A program made the position numbers and the translations under genes. Under the pieces are notes generated by a model. The model was not told where the DNA came from, made no database searches, and worked only from the letters and a program-made list of their open reading frames with translations. From positions 3,102 through 35,101 of the forward strand of contig JAKOTU010000006.1 of NCBI GenBank assembly GCA_029776155.1: a DNA stretch of 32,000 nucleotides, read 5' to 3'. Within the stretch, counting starts at the first letter, position 1. Every line of letters begins with the position of its first letter. This DNA comes from Bacillota bacterium. GTDB taxonomy: Bacteria > Bacillota > Limnochordia > Darwinibacteriales > Darwinibacteriaceae. This document shows, one piece after another, positions 1-8,407 of the stretch.

Positions 1-15
1 CTGCACCTTCTTTCT

Positions 16-741
16 CTACAGCGTGAAATTCGCCCCCAGATAGTACTTCCTGGCCAGTTCGCTTGCTGCCACCTCTTGGGTAGTGCCGGCTACCAGCACT
101 TGCCCCAGGTGGATAATGTAGGCCCGATCAGTAATGCGCAGGGTCTCCCGCACATTGTGATCCGTGATCACAATCCCTAGGTTGCTGGAGCGCAGGCGGG
201 CCACTATTTCCTGAATCTCCCCCACGGCAATAGGGTCCACACCGGCAAAGGGCTCATCAAGGAAGATAAAAGCCGGATCCAGGGCCAGGGCCCTGGCGAT
301 TTCGGTACGCCTCCGCTCCCCGCCGGACAGCTGGTAGCCCCTTTGGTTACGCACCTCTTCCAGCTTGAACTCGGCGAGCAGGCGGCCCAGTTCCCCTTCC
401 CGCTCTGCTTTGGAGAGATCCTCGCGCAGCTGGAGTACTGCCCGCAGGTTTTCCTCCACGGTGAGCTTGCGGAACACCGAGGGCTCCTGGGGCAGGTAGC
501 CTAAGCCCAAACGGGTACGTTTGTACATGGGCAGCAGGGTGATCTCCTCTCCATCGAGGAAAATCCTTCCTGAATTGGGCTTTGTCAGCCCCAGGATCAT
601 ACCGAAGATGGTGGTTTTGCCGGCGCCGTTGGGGCCCAAGAGGCCCACAATCTCACCGCGGTTGGCCTGGAAATCCACGCCCTGCACCACGGTGCGCCGG
701 CCGTACACTTTCACCAGCTGTTCAGCCACTAATTGCGCCAT
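16..741 (-). CDS. lptB: LPS export ABC transporter ATP-binding protein LptB
   Basis: ORF 16..753 (-). It has Walker A GPNGAGKTT, signature LSGGERRR, Walker B FIFLDEPFAGVDP and H-loop ITDHN. The N-terminus MAQLVAEQLVKVYG is LptB-like. I prefer the ATG at 741 (GGTGGAGA upstream) over the GTG at 753. The 5' end overlaps the lpxB stop at 722. Confidence 0.85.
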   Translation of the reverse strand: MAQLVAEQLVKVYGRRTVVQGVDFQANRGEIVGLLGPNGAGKTTIFGMILGLTKPNSGRIFLDGEEITLLPMYKRTRLGLGYLPQEPSVFRKLTVEENLRAVLQLREDLSKAEREGELGRLLAEFKLEEVRNQRGYQLSGGERRRTEIARALALDPAFIFLDEPFAGVDPIAVGEIQEIVARLRSSNLGIVITDHNVRETLRITDRAYIIHLGQVLVAGTTQEVAASELARKYYLGANFTL

Positions 742-1963
742 GCTCTCCACCACATCCAGCCATGGCCAAAACTACCCGCACGGCCCGCTCCACTGCGCCA
801 GGCTCGCCCAACTCCTTGTCGAGCTGGGCAAGGGCCTCCAGCATCCCTTGGCGCACCTTTTGGTCATAGAGGAGTTCGGCAATGGCCTCAGCGATTTTCT
901 GATGATTGACAAAGCCTTGGATAAACTCGGGTATCACATTCTTTCGTAAGATCTTGTTGGTTATGGTCATAGAGGGCTTGCGGTCCAGGACCTTCTCGGC
1001 AAAATAAGTAGAGTGGGGCACCCGGTAGACGGCCAGGGAAGGCACGCCCAAAAGGGAAGCCTCCAGCGATGCTGTGCCAATGGAAGTAATGGCCGCATCG
1101 GCGGCGCTAAGGACGCAGTAAGTGTCCCGCTCCAGGCGCACATTGCTGCAAGGGGCGCCCTCTAGAATCTCTTCCACTACCCCCGTGCGGATGGTGGGGG
1201 CCAGGGAGATCAGCACCTGAAGTTCGGAGTGGTCCTGGGTCACCTGACAAAGGGCTTTCAAAACCGGGGGAAGGACATTCTTCACTTCCACTTCCCGGGC
1301 CCCCGGCAGCACCGCGGCCACTTTGCCCGCTGGGTCGATCCCCAGCCTTTCCCGGGCCTGCTGCGGGCTTAGGGAACGGTCCGCCAGATCCACCAAGGGG
1401 TGGCCCACGAACTCCACATCCACGCCAGCCTCCCTGCACAAAGCGGCTTCTGTGCGGCTGATGGCCAACACTTTATTTACCACGCTGCTGAACTTGCGCA
1501 TATTGGCACTGCTCAACCCCCTACTGAAGGGGGTGTAGTAGTATAACACCGGGATCCCCCGGGACCGGGCAATTTCCAAGAGCTTAAGGCCAAAAACAGG
1601 CAGCCCGATCTGGAGAACCACCGAAGGCTCTTCCTGATCCATGGCTTCCACCACCCGAGCAATGAGCCGCTTGAGCACGGCGGAACCCTTCACGGACTGG
1701 AACGCACCTAAACTGACAATCTCGGAAATATCAAAAAGCAGGCGCACCCCCGCTTCTTCCATCAATGGGCCCCCAACCCCGTAAACAGCTGCCTGCGGGC
1801 ACAACTCATAGATCTTGGCTGTAAGTGCGGCGCCAAAACGGTCGCTGGTATTGTCGCCTCCAATGATCAAAATCCTGCCCGCCCCCTGGACTCTTTCCCC
1901 AGGACTGGCTGCTGCGGACCCTGCCGCGCTGGAGAAGTTCTCTCCGGGTACATCCATCACCAC
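722..1963 (-). CDS. lpxB: Lipid-A-disaccharide synthase (GT19)
   Basis: 413-aa ORF. It has the N-terminal ILIIGGDNTSD motif (equivalent of AGExSGD), IPVLYYYTPF and the EFVGHPLVDL motif typical of LpxB. The GTG start at 1963 lies 6 nt after AAGGAG. The roughly 30-aa Ala/Ser-rich N-terminal extension is unusual. Confidence 0.75.
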   Translation of the reverse strand: MVMDVPGENFSSAAGSAAASPGERVQGAGRILIIGGDNTSDRFGAALTAKIYELCPQAAVYGVGGPLMEEAGVRLLFDISEIVSLGAFQSVKGSAVLKRLIARVVEAMDQEEPSVVLQIGLPVFGLKLLEIARSRGIPVLYYYTPFSRGLSSANMRKFSSVVNKVLAISRTEAALCREAGVDVEFVGHPLVDLADRSLSPQQARERLGIDPAGKVAAVLPGAREVEVKNVLPPVLKALCQVTQDHSELQVLISLAPTIRTGVVEEILEGAPCSNVRLERDTYCVLSAADAAITSIGTASLEASLLGVPSLAVYRVPHSTYFAEKVLDRKPSMTITNKILRKNVIPEFIQGFVNHQKIAEAIAELLYDQKVRQGMLEALAQLDKELGEPGAVERAVRVVLAMAGCGGEHGAISG

Positions 1964-2062
1964 TAGTCACTCCTTGTCGCTGCAAAAATCCCGCAACTCA
2001 CTAAGCTGTTATAGAGGGTTCGGCATGAGTCCAGCATTTCCTCTTTTTCCATATTTTACTCC

Positions 2063-2791
2063 TCAGTTCATGAGCAGCTTCCGGTACAGCCCTGCCACTT
2101 CCGAGCGGGGCTGGGAGAACACCTTTTCTGGCTCGCCCTCCTCCACCACCATGCCTTTGTCCATGAACACAATGCGGTCCGCGGCCCTGAGGGCAAAGGA
2201 TACTTCGTGGGTGACAATTACCATGGTCGTACCTGTGGTCTTTACCAGTTCCTCCATAACCTCCAGCACCTCCCCCACCAGGATGGGGTCCAGGGAGGCG
2301 GTGGGCTCGTCCCAGAGCATGACCTCGGGATTGGCAACCAGCGCCCGGGCGATGCCCACCCGCTGCTGCTGGCCCCCGCTGAGCTGGCTTGGACGGCGCT
2401 GCGCCGCCTCTTTGAGACCCACCTTGTCCAGGGCAGCCAAGGCCCTTTCCCTAGCTTCTTCCCGCTCCATCCCTGCTAGAACCAGGTGGAACATGACGTT
2501 CTCCACGGCGGTGAGGCGGGCAATGAGGTTAAAGTGCTGGAATACAAAGCCTACTCTGCGCCTAAACTGCTGCAGCTCCTGCCCGGCAAGGGCCAGAACG
2601 TCCTGGCCCGCTAACGTAATAGAGCCGCGGTCAGGCTCGGTCAGTCGGTTGATGCAGCGGATCAACGTCGATTTCCCGCAGCCCGAGGGCCCCATGATCA
2701 CCACCGTCTCCCCCTTAGCCACATCCAGATCCACGCCGGCCAAGGCTTCCGTCTTGCCATAGGACTTATACAGATCCCTAATTTCCAGCAC
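2063..2791 (-). CDS. ABC transporter ATP-binding protein, polar-amino-acid (GlnQ/MetN) type
   Basis: 242 aa. It has Walker A GPSGCGKST, Q-loop VFQHFNL, signature LSGGQQQRVGIARAL, Walker B MLWDEPTASLDP and H-loop VTHE. The FALRAADRIVFMDKGMVVEEGEP tail is typical of type-I importer ATPases. The GTG start lies 6 nt after GGGAGGTGG. The gene is 53 bp downstream of the 707-aa membrane protein gene. Confidence 0.85.
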   Translation of the reverse strand: MLEIRDLYKSYGKTEALAGVDLDVAKGETVVIMGPSGCGKSTLIRCINRLTEPDRGSITLAGQDVLALAGQELQQFRRRVGFVFQHFNLIARLTAVENVMFHLVLAGMEREEARERALAALDKVGLKEAAQRRPSQLSGGQQQRVGIARALVANPEVMLWDEPTASLDPILVGEVLEVMEELVKTTGTTMVIVTHEVSFALRAADRIVFMDKGMVVEEGEPEKVFSQPRSEVAGLYRKLLMN

Positions 2792-2844
2792 CAGCTTCCA
2801 CCTCCCATCTTTATAATCCTACTTTTTGTATCTTGCTCCTGGCA

Positions 2845-4968
2845 TCAAAACTGCTGCTTGAACCTGTTAAGCACATTAAGCAGCCCGGGCCTGCCGGAGG
2901 GGATAACCACTTCCCGCATGATCTGCACATGGGACAGTCCCAGGGCCTGGCCGGCCATCAGCTCCATGCCGTCCACGGGGCTGAACCGCTCCGAAAGGGC
3001 CGCCACCGCAGCCCCCAGTCCAAAGCCCAAAGTCGCGATGACCGCCGGCGTGAACAGGGGAATCTGCCCGCCTGCGAGCTTGTAAATGCTGCTCAAAAGG
3101 GCACTGCCCACCACTCCCCCCAGGAGGAGCAGGGGATCCAACCAGCGCAGCCAGGGTCTGGCGGGGGCCTTCATTCCAGCGCGCAGCTGCTTGAGGGTAC
3201 TGAAAATGGTGGCATGGTCCAGCACCAAGGCGATCAGGGTAAAGACAATGGCCAGAAGCCCTGCCACAATGGAGCGCACTTCCCGCAAAATGCGGAAGAT
3301 CTCGCCCCGGGCGTCGGGGGAGATCATGCCCGCGGAGGTGGAGTAGGTGTGCAGATACGGGTTGTCCAGTTCCCTCTGGAACAGCTTTTCCAGTTCCTTT
3401 TCATTTGGTTTCTTGCCCTCAATAAGGAGCTGGACGCGCTCTCCGGGGATCACCTGGCCGCCCAAATAGGTGTTGATCAAGCGGATAGACTGGCCGATTT
3501 CCGCATCGCTCAGATCGGGCAGGGTGTCCCGGACAAAGCCGATCTGTTCCATAATGGCCGCCACATCGATCTGCTGCACGTTGGCGATCTGGGTGCTGAT
3601 CCCGTCCAGGCTGCGGCGCATCTCCTCAATATCCAAATTCTCCAGGGAATCCAAGGACTCTTCGCCGCTGCTCAAAACGCTCTGGGCCAGGGTCTGGAAC
3701 AGGCCGTTGAGCAAAAGGGTAAGCAGGAACTGCTCTCCAGAGGCTCCGCCCTCACCCCTTGTGATGCCCTCATTGAGTTGGCGCATCTGCACCTGGAGCA
3801 CCTCTAACTGCATGAGGGCTTCTTGGAAGGTGACCAGCACCGCCTCAGCATTGTCCACCGCGGCGCTGGCCTGCACCGCCAGCTCCTCCAACTCCGCCAA
3901 GAGCCGCAGGCTTTCCTCCACGGCATAGGCCAGGCGGTAGCGTTCGTTTTCGATCTCCACTTTCCCCGCAAACTCGCCGGGGACACCATCGCTTTGCAGG
4001 CGAAAGCCCTGGTGCACAACGGTATCGGTGGTCTGCACCGGGGAACCTTGGATGATCATGCCTTCGGCCAGCTCCCCAAATACACCAGTCACTTCCACAA
4101 TCAGCTCCTGGCCGGCATCGGCCTGGCCTTCCAGCACCAAGCGCTCACCCACCGCCAGGGCAATCCCGGGAGCGGGGAAAATGCGCACTTTGGAGGCGTA
4201 ACTGCCCAGAAAGTCCCGCATTTCCACCAGGGTCTTCAAAAAAGCGTCCAAGTCTTCTCCGTACTGGGCGGAGGTGATGTTGGAAAAACGGCTGGCCTGC
4301 AGGCTGTCCTGGGCGCGCAAAATCTTGAGAGCCTGTTCCCCCACTTCCTGGGTATCCACGGCAAAGCCCATGGGAAAGCGCAGCTCCAAAATGTGGTACT
4401 GTTCCAAGATGCCCTCAATGGCTGCTGCTGCCTTATCCAACTCAGCCTCCCCTTCTACCAGCACCACCAGGTTGTTTCCATCCTTTACGGCAAAGCGCAC
4501 TCCGGAAAGGGCTTCGATCCGCTCCCTCAGTTCCTCACGCACCCCAGGGTGCACGCCCCGGATGAGCACACTGGGCTGCACCATAAGCGTATAACCGTTC
4601 AGACCGGGAACCGCGCCAAAAAAGGAGGTGATGCTCTCCAACACCTCCCTGGTCCGATACTCTGGCGGCAGCCCGAAAAACACATTGGCCTGCCCGGCAA
4701 TGATCAGGCTCTCCTTCAGTTTGAAACCGGGGAAGGACTGCCCGCCGATGCGCTCCAGCTCCCGCAAGGCCGCCTCCTTGGCCTCGGCGCGGATATGCAG
4801 AATCAGGTCATATTCGCCGTAACCGCCGATCAGCTCTTCCAGGGTATCGCCGAAGTACGCATCAATGGCCCAGGCAATGCCCTGGGAAAAAACGGCGCCG
4901 ACCACAATGGTGACAACGAGCAAAAGCGCCAGATCTTTATAGAATCCATCGCGGAAAAAATCGAGCAT
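2845..4968 (-). CDS. Atypical ABC transporter membrane component: 4 predicted TM helices, ~530-aa extracytoplasmic domain, C-terminal EAA-type coupling motif
   Basis: 707 aa. There is one N-terminal hydrophobic helix (LALLLVVTIVVGAVF). A long soluble region follows, with coiled-coil-like stretches (LAELEELAVQASAAVDNAEAVLVTFQEALMQLEVLQVQMRQL). Three C-terminal helices lie at about residues 567-583, 613-629 and 638-658, and the TM2-TM3 loop is K/R-rich. The tail MAGQALGLSHVQIMREVVIPSGRPGLL aligns position by position with the EAAxxxGxxxxxxxxxIxLP loop of binding-protein-dependent permeases. The ATG at 4968 lies 7 nt after GGAGG. I did not recognise a family for the large domain. Confidence 0.7.
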   Translation of the reverse strand: MLDFFRDGFYKDLALLLVVTIVVGAVFSQGIAWAIDAYFGDTLEELIGGYGEYDLILHIRAEAKEAALRELERIGGQSFPGFKLKESLIIAGQANVFFGLPPEYRTREVLESITSFFGAVPGLNGYTLMVQPSVLIRGVHPGVREELRERIEALSGVRFAVKDGNNLVVLVEGEAELDKAAAAIEGILEQYHILELRFPMGFAVDTQEVGEQALKILRAQDSLQASRFSNITSAQYGEDLDAFLKTLVEMRDFLGSYASKVRIFPAPGIALAVGERLVLEGQADAGQELIVEVTGVFGELAEGMIIQGSPVQTTDTVVHQGFRLQSDGVPGEFAGKVEIENERYRLAYAVEESLRLLAELEELAVQASAAVDNAEAVLVTFQEALMQLEVLQVQMRQLNEGITRGEGGASGEQFLLTLLLNGLFQTLAQSVLSSGEESLDSLENLDIEEMRRSLDGISTQIANVQQIDVAAIMEQIGFVRDTLPDLSDAEIGQSIRLINTYLGGQVIPGERVQLLIEGKKPNEKELEKLFQRELDNPYLHTYSTSAGMISPDARGEIFRILREVRSIVAGLLAIVFTLIALVLDHATIFSTLKQLRAGMKAPARPWLRWLDPLLLLGGVVGSALLSSIYKLAGGQIPLFTPAVIATLGFGLGAAVAALSERFSPVDGMELMAGQALGLSHVQIMREVVIPSGRPGLLNVLNRFKQQF

Positions 4969-4995
4969 TACCCTTCCTCCTCACCCAGTGCATTC

Positions 4996-5024
4996 ATTAT
5001 AACATGCCTCTAGCTGGGTCTTAA
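4996..5024 (-). promoter_or_regulatory. Putative sigma-A promoter with extended -10, upstream of the ABC pair
   Basis: The minus strand reads TTAAGA-N17-TGT-TATAAT. The -35 is at 5019..5024, the TGn extension at 5002..5004 and a perfect TATAAT at 4996..5001. The -10 is about 28 nt upstream of the ATG at 4968, with GGAGG between them. Confidence 0.45.
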
Positions 5025-5058
5025 GTGGTAATGCCCGACAATACTGTTAGATCTTACT

Positions 5059-5628
5059 CTATTCCCGCTCGGTGTTGAACAGTCCCTGGAAGGCGCCGAA
5101 GAACTGCAGTTCCCTCGTTTCTAGGAACATGACGAACTTCTCGCCCTCTAATACCCCATCTTCAAACTCCACCTTCACCTGGCCGGTGAACACAGCCCTA
5201 TCTGTTTCCTCATCGTAATCCAGCTGCTGGGCGTACACGGTGGCGTCCTCCGTGACCACAACGACGCTGCCCACGGCCTGGAGCCTCTTTTCGCTCCCGA
5301 AATACTCCACCGTCTCCGCGGTGAGGGTAAAATCCTCTTTGGTGAGGGTGGCCCCGCCGGTGAAGATCAGGTAGTCATCTTCCGTGCGCCACTCCATTTT
5401 CTGGCCCACCAGGCGTACTTCCTCGAAGGTAACGTGAATGGCCGCCCCGGCAAAGTCCCTTACATCCGCGGCAAACACCCCTGATTCCCGGTTGTAACGC
5501 CCGGTGGCCGCATCCGCAGGTACTCCCATAATCTCCAGCCTGCCCCTTTGGCCCTGGGCCTGACACGCCCCCGATGCGCCCATGATAACCAAGGCGAGCA
5601 CAAAGAGCACAATCCACTTCTTAGTCAC
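5059..5628 (-). CDS. lptA: Periplasmic LPS transport protein LptA (OstA-like beta-jellyroll)
   Basis: ORF 5059..5649. I prefer the GTG at 5628, which lies 6 nt after GGAGGAGGGGG and gives MTKKWIVLFVLALVIMGASGACQA, a signal peptide. The rest is repetitive OstA_N-like beta strands (LTAETVEYFGSEKRLQAVGSVVVVTEDATVYAQQLDYDEETDRAVFTGQVKV). The gene overlaps the lptC 3' end. Confidence 0.65.
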   Translation of the reverse strand: MTKKWIVLFVLALVIMGASGACQAQGQRGRLEIMGVPADAATGRYNRESGVFAADVRDFAGAAIHVTFEEVRLVGQKMEWRTEDDYLIFTGGATLTKEDFTLTAETVEYFGSEKRLQAVGSVVVVTEDATVYAQQLDYDEETDRAVFTGQVKVEFEDGVLEGEKFVMFLETRELQFFGAFQGLFNTERE

Positions 5629-6256
5629 TGCCTGCCCCCTCCTCCACAACTACATTTCCGTAAAAGTCCAGTACTTCCCCGTCCAGATCGTAGACCGCTT
5701 CTTCCAGCTTCCACAAGAGGGTTCCCTCCCGGATTTCCACGCTGCGCCTCAGGTGCACCTGGGCCTGCTCCGTATCCAGGCTCATCTCCTCAGCTGTGAT
5801 CTCCAGGCCCTGCCAAAGCATGCGCACAGGACCCGGGGAGAACAGCCGGCCGGTACGCCCCTCCCACTCCAAGTAATCGCTTTCCAGGCGGAACCCGTCT
5901 TCACCTTCCACCACAACCGGGCCGTGCAGCTTCAAAAGCTCGGCTCTGCGTTCCCACTGGGCCCGGGGTGTGCGGATGTTTAGATAAGGCTCCCCATCCT
6001 GGAACACCACCATTTTCTCCAGATCGCTTAAGGTAACCAGATTCCCTTCCTGGAGCACACTGCGGCTGATGATCTCCCACTGCCGCTGGCCACCTCGCCG
6101 CCCCACCAGCCGGCTTTCCACCAGCTGGACACTGGGGGGCACGCTCACCGCAGGGGGAGACGGCTGGAGCAGAAAGCGCAGGGTAAAAAAGAGGATGACC
6201 CCAACCAGGACTGCGCCCGCGGCCAGTATTCCCTTTGCCTTGGCTGTCAGGCTCAT
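5621..6256 (-). CDS. lptC: LPS export system protein LptC (membrane-anchored)
   Basis: About 211 aa. It has an N-terminal TM anchor (GILAAGAVLVGVILFF) followed by an LptC/OstA-like beta-rich domain. The ATG at 6254..6256 overlaps the lptD TGA (TGATG coupling). It lies immediately upstream of lptA, as in canonical lptC-lptA. Confidence 0.6.
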   Translation of the reverse strand: MSLTAKAKGILAAGAVLVGVILFFTLRFLLQPSPPAVSVPPSVQLVESRLVGRRGGQRQWEIISRSVLQEGNLVTLSDLEKMVVFQDGEPYLNIRTPRAQWERRAELLKLHGPVVVEGEDGFRLESDYLEWEGRTGRLFSPGPVRMLWQGLEITAEEMSLDTEQAQVHLRRSVEIREGTLLWKLEEAVYDLDGEVLDFYGNVVVEEGAGSD

Positions 6257-8391
6257 CACTCCTTCACATCGATAATATCCGCCACATCCTCCAGGTCAAA
6301 CAGGCTCAAGCCCCCTTGGCTGTCCCAGCCAATGGGCAGCGTGGGGAAGGCGTTGATGGTGAGCTGCACCGCAAAGCGGCCCGCCACATGGTCATAGGAG
6401 AACCCCAGCTGACGGCAGTGCAGATCCCTGCTGATGGTAATCTGCCCCTTGGTGAACTGCTGGGCTGCCGGAGCATAGATGCTGTCATAACTCACCTTCC
6501 AAGCTGAGCCCACGGGCAGGCTGAAACGCAGATCCACCCGCTCCAGCTCACGGCTTGGCGGCCTGTAGCGCAGACCCAGCTTCAGGCTGAACTGATCATG
6601 CTTGTATTCGGCCATGGGCACCAAACGGGTCCAGCTTCTGGTGTTGAGATCATAACTGGCGTAAAGGTCCAAGGTCCAGCGCTCGGAAGGCTTGAGATAG
6701 GCATTCAGAGTCAAAGTGCTGAAGCGCTTGTTTACAAAATCATAGACGGTAGAGGCATAACCCCGCGCATTCCCCCGGCTGTAGCTAAGGCGCAGGCTCA
6801 GATCCTCTAGTTTTCCCTGGGCATCGAACTTGAAGGGCGTGCTGCCCCACACATCCCGGCGCCGATAGGTACTGCTAAAAGAAAGGTGTTTGCCCAGGTT
6901 TTGATTTAAGGAGACCCGCCCGTACAACCAGGCCTGGCTGCTGCCATCCGAATACACCGCGCCGTTCAAATCGCCCTGGTAGGTGAGGCTCGTACCTGCG
7001 CGGGGACGCCAGGTCCTGGCCCTTAACGCCACCTGGCCGTAGCCCCTGCTTTGGATAACCATGGAGGGGGTTTCTTCATAGTGCCCCAGAACCAGCTGCC
7101 CTTGGAGGGGCAGGCTGTTCAGGCCCAGATCGCCTATTTCCCACTTCAGCTCCGGCCTGCGCTGTAGGCTGCGCCAATCCTTGGTCCCGGTGTCCAGCAG
7201 ATCCGGGTTGAACTGCTGCTCCATGGTAAGGGTCAACCGGTGCTTCCCCTGGTTGTACACGGCGGCCAGGAGGTAGTTCATGAGCCGCACCTCTTCCGTG
7301 GTGCGCTTTTGGGCGTAGCTGCCCTCCACATTGAGGGTCAAACGATCGCCCAGGGGCTTGGACCACTGCATGCCAGCGCTGGTCTCTTCCTTGGTGGTGG
7401 CCTGGGGATTCTTTTTGTAGGTCAGCCAAAGCTTGCCCTTAAGATCCCCTGCGCTCACATGCAGGGCGGTGTCGGAGCTGATCTCGTCCTTCAACCAGGT
7501 CTTCTCCACGCTGTTCTTGGTGGCAAAGGTCCAGCTGTCCTTGGTTAAGCTGTGTTCCCAGGCCGCTTTGTAGTGCTTTTCCGCCGCGGTGGGCACCCCC
7601 CACAGGTACAAGTGCCCCTGGCCCAGTTCTTGGAGCTTGTAGTGGTGCTTCACGCCTGCACCCAGCCCCAAGCGGGTGTACAGGTCCACATAGAGGTTGC
7701 CGTAGGAGTTCTCAGTGAAGAAATAGTTGAAGGCGCTCTTGATAAAGTACCCTTCATAGTCGCCGTAGCCCACCACGGGCAGGCTGACCAGAAGGTCTTC
7801 CAGATCCCGCCCTAGAGGCACTACTAAATAGGGCCAATAAAAAAGGGGGATCTGCCCTTCGTAGTACACCACATGGCGGATGATGGCCTTGTCACCGGGG
7901 ATAAACTCCATTTCTTTGGTGACCAGGCGGTAGTGGCTCTGCTCCAAATCGCAGGTGGTGAAGGCGGCCTGGGCAATGGAGTACTGCTCCTGATCAAAGA
8001 GGATCAGGCGCCCAGAAGCGTACACCGTCCCATCGGGCACGGCAAGCTCGGCGCGCACTTCTTCAAAGGACCCTTCGCCCGTATTTAGGTTGTAGACCAA
8101 AAAGGCACCCCTTATCTCCTGCCCATCCTGGATCAGGCGCACATCCCCCTCCAAGGTGACTAAGCCCTCGGCCAAATCGGCGCGCAGCACACTACCCAAG
8201 AGCATCAGCCCGTCCACGTGCACCTCCACATCCCCTTCAGCCGTAAACACCTGGCTTTCCAGATCGTAAGAGCCGGTTTTGCTCGCGGCAATGCGCACCC
8301 CCTGTTCCGCACTGAAAGCAGGGGGCGCCGGCCAGATGAGCACCACAATTAGAGCCGCGACCAGAAGCGGTGCGCCCTTCCCCAGCTGCAT
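6256..8391 (-). CDS. lptD: LPS-assembly outer membrane protein LptD (OstA)
   Basis: ORF 6256..8442. I prefer the ATG at 8391 (GGGGAGAG SD), giving the signal peptide MQLGKGAPLLVAALIVVLIWPAPPAFSA. It has an N-terminal OstA_N-like repeat (AEGDVEVHVDGLMLLGSVLRADLAEGLVTLEGDVRL). It also has the FTTCD motif and IPLFYWPY, both typical of LptD. A long C-terminal region has an amphipathic beta-strand pattern. Confidence 0.75.
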   Translation of the reverse strand: MQLGKGAPLLVAALIVVLIWPAPPAFSAEQGVRIAASKTGSYDLESQVFTAEGDVEVHVDGLMLLGSVLRADLAEGLVTLEGDVRLIQDGQEIRGAFLVYNLNTGEGSFEEVRAELAVPDGTVYASGRLILFDQEQYSIAQAAFTTCDLEQSHYRLVTKEMEFIPGDKAIIRHVVYYEGQIPLFYWPYLVVPLGRDLEDLLVSLPVVGYGDYEGYFIKSAFNYFFTENSYGNLYVDLYTRLGLGAGVKHHYKLQELGQGHLYLWGVPTAAEKHYKAAWEHSLTKDSWTFATKNSVEKTWLKDEISSDTALHVSAGDLKGKLWLTYKKNPQATTKEETSAGMQWSKPLGDRLTLNVEGSYAQKRTTEEVRLMNYLLAAVYNQGKHRLTLTMEQQFNPDLLDTGTKDWRSLQRRPELKWEIGDLGLNSLPLQGQLVLGHYEETPSMVIQSRGYGQVALRARTWRPRAGTSLTYQGDLNGAVYSDGSSQAWLYGRVSLNQNLGKHLSFSSTYRRRDVWGSTPFKFDAQGKLEDLSLRLSYSRGNARGYASTVYDFVNKRFSTLTLNAYLKPSERWTLDLYASYDLNTRSWTRLVPMAEYKHDQFSLKLGLRYRPPSRELERVDLRFSLPVGSAWKVSYDSIYAPAAQQFTKGQITISRDLHCRQLGFSYDHVAGRFAVQLTINAFPTLPIGWDSQGGLSLFDLEDVADIIDVKE

Positions 8392-8407
8392 AGCTCTCTC
8401 CCCACTT

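Noticed and set aside
3823-5013. Long plus-strand ORFs: 3823..5013 (396 aa), 2833..3807, 1815..2762, 26670..27629, 17963..18721, 19413..20186, 22474..23229, 24173..24868 and others.
   Set aside because: All lie antisense to minus-strand genes that have strong family motifs. Their products are low-complexity (Gly/Pro/Arg/His/Leu-rich) with no recognisable motifs and no SD. This is the typical shadow-ORF behaviour of GC-rich DNA.
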